64,000 nt of DNA from Escherichia phage AV110: sequence record OR352940.1; one strand, given 5' to 3'. Within the stretch, counting starts at the first letter, position 1, and each line of letters starts with the position of its first letter. Shown here in pieces: positions 56,341-64,000 of this stretch. The position numbers and the translations under genes are program-made. Below the pieces are notes generated by a model. The model did no database searches. It had not been told where the DNA came from and was given only the letters and a program-made list of their open reading frames with translations.

Positions 56341-58073
56341 TGGAAATGATTAGCAGTAGCCTTAATTGGTTCGTGGGTGTTGTCGAGGACAGAATGGACC
56401 CATTAAAACAAGGGCGAGTTCGAGTGCGAGTAGTTGGACTTCATCCCGCACAGAGAGTACAAGGCGACGTGCAGGGTATTCCTACAGAAAAACTTCCATG
56501 GATGACTGTTATTCAACCTATTACGTCTGCATCAATGTCAGGTATTGGTGGTTCTGTTACAGGTCCTGTTGAAGGAACTCGAGTATATGGTCATTTCTTA
56601 GACAAATGGAAAACAAACGGGATTGTACTTGGTACATATGGTGGAATCGTACGTGAAAAGCCTAATAGACTTGAAGGTTTTTCAGACCCGACAGGTCAGT
56701 ATCCGCGTCGTTTAGGTAATGATACGAACGTATTAAACCAAGGTGGTGAAGCTGGTTATTATTCGAACTCTAACGTAATTCAAGATAACAACTTGGATTA
56801 TGGTATAAACCCAGATGATACAGATTTAGCAAATATTCCAGAAGATGATGACCCTAATTTTACAATAACAGAAATGTTACGTCGTGATGAAGGTCTTCGT
56901 GATAAAGTGTATTGGGACCATCTCGGGTATCCTACAGTAGGTATTGGACACCTTATCGTAATGGAAAAGACCCGAGATATGTCTCGAATTAATAAATTGT
57001 TATCTGATCAAGTAGGGCGTGAAGTAACAGGAAATCCGGGAACTATTACATTAGAAGAAGCAACAGCGTTATTTGAGAAGGACCTTGCTAAGATGCAGAA
57101 AGACATTCGTTCTAATTCTAAAGTGGGTCCTGTTTATGCTAAAATGAACAGATCTCGCCAAATGGCATTAGAAAACATGTGCTTCCAAATGGGCGTTGGT
57201 GGTGTAGCAAAATTCAATACTATGCTTAAAGCAATGGCCGAAGGTGATTGGAAAACTGCATACAAATCTGGGCGCGATTCATTATGGTTCCAACAGACTA
57301 AAGGACGCGCTTCACGTGTAACAACAATTATTTTAACCGGTAACATGGAATCATACGGTGTTCCTGTTAAAACACCGCCTTCACCAGGAGTTGGTGCCGA
57401 TTTAGTTACTAGAAATACTGATTCAGAAGACCCGGCTGGTCCTCCTGTTCCATTAGATTCACGCATCCTTTTTAAAGAACCGGAATCAAGTTATCGTGGT
57501 GAGTATCCATATGTTCATGCTATGGAAACAGAAAGCGGTCATATCCAAGAATTTGATGACACTCCAGGTAATGAACGTTATCGTTTAGTTCATCCAACAG
57601 GGTCATATGAGGAAGTTTCTCCGTCTGGGCGTCGTACTCGTAAAACTGTAGAAGACCTTTTTGACATCACTAATGGTGATGGGAACTTCTTGATTTCTGG
57701 CGATAAGCTTGTTAACGTTGGTGCTAATGAAATATATTATAACATGGCAGACCGCCTCCATCAAATAGACGGCAATGACACAATCTTTATTCGTGGTAAC
57801 CAATCTAAAACTGTTGAAGGCGATGGAACTCTTTACGTTAAGGGTAATATCAAAATAGTTGTTGACGGAAATGCAGATATTCTTGTTAAAGGTGATGCTA
57901 AAACTCAGGTCGAAGGGAATCATGATTACACCGTCAACGGAAACGTTAAATGGACCGTTAATGGTAATGTTGATATGACTGTTGCCGGGGATTGGGCAGA
58001 AACAATGTCTACAATGAGCTCAGTAGCTTCAGGACAATACACTGTTGACGGATCTCGTATTGATATTGGGTAA
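56340..58073 (+). CDS. 5: baseplate hub / tail-associated lysozyme gp5
   Basis: 577 aa; OB-fold N-terminus, central lysozyme domain (TEMLRRDEGLRDKVYWDHLGYPTVGIGHL), C-terminal VxGxxxxx beta-helix repeats. Confidence 0.95.
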   Translation: MEMISSSLNWFVGVVEDRMDPLKQGRVRVRVVGLHPAQRVQGDVQGIPTEKLPWMTVIQPITSASMSGIGGSVTGPVEGTRVYGHFLDKWKTNGIVLGTYGGIVREKPNRLEGFSDPTGQYPRRLGNDTNVLNQGGEAGYYSNSNVIQDNNLDYGINPDDTDLANIPEDDDPNFTITEMLRRDEGLRDKVYWDHLGYPTVGIGHLIVMEKTRDMSRINKLLSDQVGREVTGNPGTITLEEATALFEKDLAKMQKDIRSNSKVGPVYAKMNRSRQMALENMCFQMGVGGVAKFNTMLKAMAEGDWKTAYKSGRDSLWFQQTKGRASRVTTIILTGNMESYGVPVKTPPSPGVGADLVTRNTDSEDPAGPPVPLDSRILFKEPESSYRGEYPYVHAMETESGHIQEFDDTPGNERYRLVHPTGSYEEVSPSGRRTRKTVEDLFDITNGDGNFLISGDKLVNVGANEIYYNMADRLHQIDGNDTIFIRGNQSKTVEGDGTLYVKGNIKIVVDGNADILVKGDAKTQVEGNHDYTVNGNVKWTVNGNVDMTVAGDWAETMSTMSSVASGQYTVDGSRIDIG

Positions 58074-58076
58074 TAT

Positions 58077-58592
58077 ATGGCACAAATACTTCCTTTAAAT
58101 ACCGACTTAGGAGAAGACATGGAAGGGGCGTCTATTGACGTCCTTTTTACTCCACAGTTAGAAACAACCGAAACTTTAGTGTCAATAAATATAACAGATT
58201 ATGAACCGACACAAGGCATTACGGTAGATGGTAATCGTTTATATGGAACATATGAAAGTGTGTTTAGCTTTTCTTCGGATGCATTGAAATACCGATTAAA
58301 TGATGATTTTGAAACCGCATCTTCATGGGATGATTTACCAAAAGATGAATCCACACAGTTATATTTGTGGAGAGCTCCTCAGAATCTTCGTAAAGTGTTT
58401 AGTTATACGGTTGAAATGATTTATAACTACCAAGAAGAAAGTTCATCGGGCGGTTCTAGAAGTGACTCTGGTACAGAACCTCCACCGGCTCCAGTACAAA
58501 AAACTCTTACTAAGGTTTATACAAAAACTATAGTAGGAAATTGGAGCAAATGGGCTCATCAATTAAGAAACTATGTTTATGCGAGGCCGTGA
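58077..58592 (+). CDS. 5.1: gp5.1-like protein
   Basis: 171 aa ORF following gene 5. Confidence 0.6.
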   Translation: MAQILPLNTDLGEDMEGASIDVLFTPQLETTETLVSINITDYEPTQGITVDGNRLYGTYESVFSFSSDALKYRLNDDFETASSWDDLPKDESTQLYLWRAPQNLRKVFSYTVEMIYNYQEESSSGGSRSDSGTEPPPAPVQKTLTKVYTKTIVGNWSKWAHQLRNYVYARP

Positions 58593-58594
58593 AA

Positions 58595-58888
58595 ATGTCT
58601 GGCTTAAGTTACGACAAGTGCGTTACAACAGGTCATGAAGCATGGCCTCCTACTGTAATAAATGCTTCCCAATCTAAAGTGTTCACCGGCGGTATTCCTG
58701 TTCTTGTGGCAGGAGACCAAATAACACCTCATACAGAAATTAAAAAACCATACGAGACTCATGGAGGTGTTACTGAACCTCGTACATCTAAAGTATACGT
58801 CACCGGTAAAAAGGCCGTTCAAATGGCCGACCCAATTTCATGCGGGGATACTGTTTCTCAGGCCTCGTCAAAAGTCTTTATAAAATAG
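58595..58888 (+). CDS. 5.4: PAAR-repeat spike-tip protein gp5.4
   Basis: Start trimmed to [17 protein letters not shown]; close to T4 gp5.4 as recalled. Confidence 0.85.
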   Translation: MSGLSYDKCVTTGHEAWPPTVINASQSKVFTGGIPVLVAGDQITPHTEIKKPYETHGGVTEPRTSKVYVTGKKAVQMADPISCGDTVSQASSKVFIK

Positions 58889-58896
58889 GAATTAAA

Positions 58897-60870
58897 ATGG
58901 CAAACACTCCTGTAAATTATCAATTAACCCGAACAGCGAATGCTATTCCCGAGATTTTTATCGGGGGCACATTTGCCGAAATCAAACAGAACATTATCGA
59001 ATGGCTTAATGGGCAGAATGAATTTCTTGATTATGATTTTGAAGGTTCACGCTTAAACGTATTGTGCGACCTTTTAGCATATAACACTCTTTACATCCAA
59101 CAGTTCAGTAATAGTGCAGTGTATGAAAGTTTTATGCGTACTGCAAACTTGCGTAGTTCTGTTGTACAAGCGGCTCAAGATAACGGATATCTGCCTTCAT
59201 CTAAATCAGCAGCACAAACAGAAATTATGCTCACATGTACGGATGCATTAAATAGAAACTATATCACCATTCCACGTGGCACTCGTTTCTTAGCATACGC
59301 TAAAGATACTTCTGTTAACCCGTATAACTTTGTTTCTACTGAAGACGTCATTGTAGTTAAAGACAAAAATAACCAATATTTCCCACGTCTTCGATTAGCT
59401 CAGGGTCGTATTGTTCGCACTGAATTAACATTTGATAGATTAAAACCTATCATTATTCGTGATAAGAATATTGACCGTAATTTGGTTAAGTTGTATGTTG
59501 ATGGAGCAGAATGGATTAACTGGACTCGTAAGTCGATGGTTCACGCTGGTTCTACGTCAACAATCTATTATATGCGTGAAACAGTTGATGGGAACACCGA
59601 ATTTTATTTTGGTGAAGGCGAAATCTCTATTAACACATCAGAAGGTGCGTTAACATCTAACTATATTGGTGGCCTTAAACCTGTTCAGGGTTCTAAAATC
59701 GTAATTGAGTATATTTCTACTAATGGCGCAGATGCTAACGGTGCTGTAGGATTTTCTTATGCTGATACATTAGCTAATATCACGGTAATCGATATTAACG
59801 AGAACCCTAGCAATAACCCAGACTTTGTCGGGGCCGATGGTGGTGGTGACCCTGAAGATATTGAACGTATCCGCGAATTAGGCACAATTAAACGCGAAAC
59901 TCAACAACGTTGTGTAACCGCTTCCGACTATGACACATTCGTCTCTGAGCGGTTTGGTTCTATTATTCAAGCGGTTCAGACGTTCACTGATTCTACTAAA
60001 CCCGGTTATGCATTTATTGCTGCTAAACCTAAATCAGGTCTGTATTTAACTTCTGTCCAACGCGATGATATCAAAAACTATTTAAATGATTATAACTTAG
60101 GGACTATTACACCTGTTGTTATTTCGCCTGATTATTTGTTTATCAAAATGAATATCAAGGTTACATACGCGTTGAATAAACTCCAAGAATCAGAACAATA
60201 TCTTGAAGGGCAGATTATTAATAAAATAGACCGATATTATATCGAAGATGTAGAAATTTTTAACTCATCGTTTGCAAAATCTAAAATGCTAACTTATGTC
60301 GATGATGCAGATATTTCTATTATTGGTTCTTCAGCTACTATTCAAATGGTTCGCGAAGTACAAAACTTCTATAAAACGCCTGAGGCCGGTATTAAATACA
60401 ATAATCAGATTAAAGATAGATCGATGGAATCTAATATATTCTCGTTTGATTCGCACAGACCTAATCCAGAAAATGCAAACGAAACTATTAAATACGGTGT
60501 TCGCATAGTATCTTCTGACCGTAATGACCGTGGCATAGGTCAAGTTATTATTGGTCCATTTGCAGACGGTGATGTTGTTGAAAACGAAAATATACAACCT
60601 TATACAGGTAATGATTTTAATAAACTTACTGTTACTGACGGACGAAACAAATACTATTCAATTGGTGAAGTGAATTATCCTGCCGATTCGATTTATTGGA
60701 ACATTGCTAAAATTGACCTCACTTCAGACCGTTTTGAAGTTCAAACAATTGAACTTTATTCAGACCCTGCAGATGATATTATTTTTACAAAGGACGGTTC
60801 TTTAATCGTATTCGAAAATGACTTACGTCCTCAGTACTTAACTATAGATTTGGAGCCTATTTCACAATGA
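58897..60870 (+). CDS. 6: baseplate wedge protein gp6
   Basis: Start at MANTPVNYQLTRTANAIPEIF (T4 gp6 N-terminus as recalled). Confidence 0.93.
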   Translation: MANTPVNYQLTRTANAIPEIFIGGTFAEIKQNIIEWLNGQNEFLDYDFEGSRLNVLCDLLAYNTLYIQQFSNSAVYESFMRTANLRSSVVQAAQDNGYLPSSKSAAQTEIMLTCTDALNRNYITIPRGTRFLAYAKDTSVNPYNFVSTEDVIVVKDKNNQYFPRLRLAQGRIVRTELTFDRLKPIIIRDKNIDRNLVKLYVDGAEWINWTRKSMVHAGSTSTIYYMRETVDGNTEFYFGEGEISINTSEGALTSNYIGGLKPVQGSKIVIEYISTNGADANGAVGFSYADTLANITVIDINENPSNNPDFVGADGGGDPEDIERIRELGTIKRETQQRCVTASDYDTFVSERFGSIIQAVQTFTDSTKPGYAFIAAKPKSGLYLTSVQRDDIKNYLNDYNLGTITPVVISPDYLFIKMNIKVTYALNKLQESEQYLEGQIINKIDRYYIEDVEIFNSSFAKSKMLTYVDDADISIIGSSATIQMVREVQNFYKTPEAGIKYNNQIKDRSMESNIFSFDSHRPNPENANETIKYGVRIVSSDRNDRGIGQVIIGPFADGDVVENENIQPYTGNDFNKLTVTDGRNKYYSIGEVNYPADSIYWNIAKIDLTSDRFEVQTIELYSDPADDIIFTKDGSLIVFENDLRPQYLTIDLEPISQ

Positions 60871-63800
60871 CAGTAAAAGCGCCAGCAGTCACAAGTCTCA
60901 GAATATCCAAGTTGTCCGCTAACCAAGTTCAAATACGCTGGGATGACGTTGGTGCTAATTTCTACTATTTCGTAGAAATCGCTGAGACTAAAACGGCAGA
61001 CGGTGGAATAATTCCCCCTGCCAGCTACAGATGGATAAATTTAGGATATACTCCTAATAGCAACTGGTTCGAAAATAGCTTAGACCCATTAACTTCTTAT
61101 ATTATTCGTGTATCAACTGCCGCCGAAGGCTTTGAGAGATCTGATTGGGTATATACCGAAATATTTGAATCATTTCAGACTAACGCGTATACATTTCAAC
61201 ATATGATTGAAATGCAATTGGCTAACACTTTTATTAGAGAAAAATTTACAAATAACAACATGGCTTATGTCGATTTTAATAACGACACTATAATGGCAGC
61301 TCTAATGAATGAATCGTTCCAATTTAGCCCTGCTTATGCGGATATTTCATCTATTAAAAATTTCATTATTGGCGAAAATGAGTATCATGAAATTCAAGGT
61401 TCGATTCAACAGGTGTGTCATGATATAAACCGTGTTTATTTGATGGAATCCGAAGGAATTCTTTATTTGTTTGAACGGTATCAGCCTGTGGTTAAAGTCT
61501 CTAATGATAAGGGACAAACCTGGAAATCGGTTAAATTGTTTAATGACCGTGTAGGGTATCCTGTATCAAGAACAGTGTATTACCAGACAGATTACACCAC
61601 GTATGTTCTTGGGTACGATAAATTATTTTACGGCCGTAAATCAACTGACGTTCGTTGGTCTGCTGATGATGTGAGATTTAGTTCTCAAGATATAACATTT
61701 GCTAAAATTGGTGACCAGTTAAATTTAGGATATGATGTAGAAATATTTGGTAACTATGCATCATTACCTGCTAACGTATCACGTATTGCAGAAGCTATCG
61801 TTTGCAATGACGATTATGTATACGTTGCTGCTCGAGATAAAGTTCGTTTTATTAAAACTAGTAATGCCCCTATTGATTCAGACCCGTTATCTCCGACATA
61901 TTCCGAACGTTTGTTTGAACAAGAAACATTTAACATCACAGGTAACCCTAAGGCAGTTTGCTATAAAATGGATTCTGTCGGTGGTAAAATATTTGCACTG
62001 ATTATCGGTGAAGTTGTTAATCTTAATGACGACCCGAGGACCACTCCTATTGTTGATTCTGCTGATAAGGGTGTTTACGTTCTAGACCATGATGCTGGCA
62101 CATTTAAACGTGTGTTTGGTAATACTGAAGAAGAACGCCGTCGTATTGAACCTGGGTACACCAGTATGTCTACTGATGGTGTTGAGTTATCTATTTCATC
62201 TAGTAATTTTAAATTTTTAGAATCAGATATTGTTGATGACCCAAAAACACAAATCAAGTACGGTTTAATCGGTGCTGTTAAATATGAGTATCCTCGCGAA
62301 TGGTTGGCTGATAAACATTATCATATGATGGCATTTATTTCAACTGAAGACTCTCAATGGGAATCGTTCACTCCTCAACCAATGGAATACTATGCTGAGC
62401 CATTCTTTAGTTATTCTAGAAAGTCTGGTACTCGTTGTTGGATTAATAACTCAGACAAGGCCGTTGTAATTTATTCTGATTTACTTTACACTAAGGTTAT
62501 TGAGAATCATCCACTTAGTTCTTCAGACCGTGAAGTTCATGAATATTGGAAGGACGGTGACTGTACAATAGTGATGCCTAACGTAGATTTCACCGGATTT
62601 AAAAAATATGCATCAGGCATGATTTTCTATAAATCATCAGGTGAGATTATTTCTTATTATGATTTTAGTTATCGTGTTAGAGATAATGTTTCTATAATTT
62701 GGAAGCCTACTAATATATTCTTAACAGCATCGTTACAAAACCAAGAAAAAGATACCACATGGACTCCTGTAGAAGAGAATGGTATTGCAGACCCAGATTT
62801 ACGACCATTGCTCACTACAATGATGCCGGAGTCTTATCTTTTAGATAATTCAAACTTCGAAGCATTCTGTGAGGCTTATATTCAGTATCTTTCTGACGGC
62901 TATGGGACCCATTATAACAACCTTTTAAATCTTATTAAAAATCAATATCCGCGAGAAGAACATGCGTGGGAATATTTATGGTCCGAGATTTATAAACGAA
63001 ACATTTATTTAAACGCCGAAAAACGCGATTTAGTGTCTCGTTTCTTTGAATCAAGAAGTTATGACTTCTATTCAACTAAAGGAACTGAAGCATCATATAA
63101 ATTCTTGTTTAAAGTGCTTTATAACGAAGATGTTGAAATTGAAATTGAATCTAGCTCCGGGACCGAATATGATATCATCATTGAATCTGATTCGTTGACA
63201 GAAGATTTGGTCGGACAAACCATATACACCGCGACAGGACGTTGTAATGTGACGTATATCGAGAGAAGTTACTCTAAAGGTAAATTACAATGGACTGTAA
63301 CAATTCACAACCTCTTAGGACGTTTAATCCAAGGACAGGAAGTTAAAGCTGAAAGACTCCCTGGTTTTGAAGGTGAAATTGTTCGTGGTATTAAAGGTAA
63401 AGAGCTTTCTCAGAACAACATCGATTACATAAATCGTGGTAGAGCATACTACGTAATGAAGATTAAATCTAAACTTCCATCATCTCGTTGGAAATCAGAC
63501 GTATTACGGTTTGTTCATCCGGTTGGATTTGGATTTATCGCAATTACCCTTCTCACAATGTTTATTAACACCGGATTAACACTTAAACATGTTGAAACCG
63601 TTATTAATAAATACAAAAACTATAAGTGGGATTCTGGATTACCGACTAAATATGCAGACCGAGTGGCTAAATTAGACCCACAAGGAAATGTTGAGTTTGA
63701 CCCTATTACAGGTAAAGCGATATATGAAATAGGCCCTATGGCTGGTCAAGATTATCCATTACCTGAAGATTATAACGCTGAAAACAATAACTCCATATTT

Positions 63801-63965
63801 CAAGGTCAACTTCCATCGGAACGACGTAAACTGATGAGCCCATTATTTGATGCGTCCGGAACAACATTCTCTAAATTTAGAGATTTGGTTGAACAGCGGT
63901 TAATCGATAATGTAGGAAATCCAAGAGACCCCGTGAATCCACCACAGGTTAAATTAGATGAATGA
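60867..63965 (+). CDS. 7: baseplate wedge protein gp7
   Basis: 1032 aa, same length as T4 gp7; overlaps gp6 stop. Confidence 0.93.
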   Translation: MTVKAPAVTSLRISKLSANQVQIRWDDVGANFYYFVEIAETKTADGGIIPPASYRWINLGYTPNSNWFENSLDPLTSYIIRVSTAAEGFERSDWVYTEIFESFQTNAYTFQHMIEMQLANTFIREKFTNNNMAYVDFNNDTIMAALMNESFQFSPAYADISSIKNFIIGENEYHEIQGSIQQVCHDINRVYLMESEGILYLFERYQPVVKVSNDKGQTWKSVKLFNDRVGYPVSRTVYYQTDYTTYVLGYDKLFYGRKSTDVRWSADDVRFSSQDITFAKIGDQLNLGYDVEIFGNYASLPANVSRIAEAIVCNDDYVYVAARDKVRFIKTSNAPIDSDPLSPTYSERLFEQETFNITGNPKAVCYKMDSVGGKIFALIIGEVVNLNDDPRTTPIVDSADKGVYVLDHDAGTFKRVFGNTEEERRRIEPGYTSMSTDGVELSISSSNFKFLESDIVDDPKTQIKYGLIGAVKYEYPREWLADKHYHMMAFISTEDSQWESFTPQPMEYYAEPFFSYSRKSGTRCWINNSDKAVVIYSDLLYTKVIENHPLSSSDREVHEYWKDGDCTIVMPNVDFTGFKKYASGMIFYKSSGEIISYYDFSYRVRDNVSIIWKPTNIFLTASLQNQEKDTTWTPVEENGIADPDLRPLLTTMMPESYLLDNSNFEAFCEAYIQYLSDGYGTHYNNLLNLIKNQYPREEHAWEYLWSEIYKRNIYLNAEKRDLVSRFFESRSYDFYSTKGTEASYKFLFKVLYNEDVEIEIESSSGTEYDIIIESDSLTEDLVGQTIYTATGRCNVTYIERSYSKGKLQWTVTIHNLLGRLIQGQEVKAERLPGFEGEIVRGIKGKELSQNNIDYINRGRAYYVMKIKSKLPSSRWKSDVLRFVHPVGFGFIAITLLTMFINTGLTLKHVETVINKYKNYKWDSGLPTKYADRVAKLDPQGNVEFDPITGKAIYEIGPMAGQDYPLPEDYNAENNNSIFQGQLPSERRKLMSPLFDASGTTFSKFRDLVEQRLIDNVGNPRDPVNPPQVKLDE

Positions 63966-64000
63966 TTCAAGTGTTATCTATCGTGCAATAGTTACATCAA
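63958..64000 (+). CDS. 8: baseplate wedge protein gp8, N-terminal fragment (runs off window end)
   Basis: ATG overlapping gp7 stop; translated MNDSSVIYRAIVTS matches T4 gp8 N-terminus as recalled. Confidence 0.8.
   Translation, partial: MNDSSVIYRAIVTS

Noticed and set aside
56366-58120. Alternative-frame and antisense ORFs within gene 5 (56366-56572, 57134-57466, 57603-57923, 57926-58120)
   Set aside because: Nested in a conserved structural gene; no independent evidence.

Overview
This window is a contiguous ~64 kb segment of a T4-like (Tevenvirinae) myovirus genome. Gene order follows phage T4 (…42–43–regA–62–44–45–rpbA–46–47–55–nrdG–nrdD–49–nrdC–tk–regB–denV–e–nudE–tRNAs–ipI–57B–57A–1–3–2–4 | 53–5–6–7–8). 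The 903-aa DNA polymerase looks, from memory only, like RB69 gp43; no database search was run. Positions 1–55,703 carry early/middle genes almost entirely on the minus strand; 55,765–64,000 carry late baseplate genes on the plus strand. The most interesting feature is at 1–6100: where T4 has beta-gt and imm, this phage has a dCMP hydroxymethylase homologue plus a KdsD-like sugar-phosphate isomerase, a small HAD phosphatase, a fused nucleotidyltransferase/kinase and two unknown enzymes. T4 alpha-gt is also missing between genes 47 and 55. I read this as a nucleotide-sugar (probably NDP-arabinose) pathway for glycosylating hydroxymethyl-cytosine DNA. Other notable content: six capsid-targeted internal-protein genes, an Acb1-like 2H phosphoesterase (57B), a macro-like domain protein, a GrcA-like glycyl-radical cofactor, a Pol-beta-type nucleotidyltransferase, two families of small paralogues with conserved C-terminal tags, two tRNAs, and recurrent promoter and terminator cassettes. 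All calls rest on motif recognition, synteny and the supplied ORF track. Coordinates of short elements may be off by 1–2 bp.
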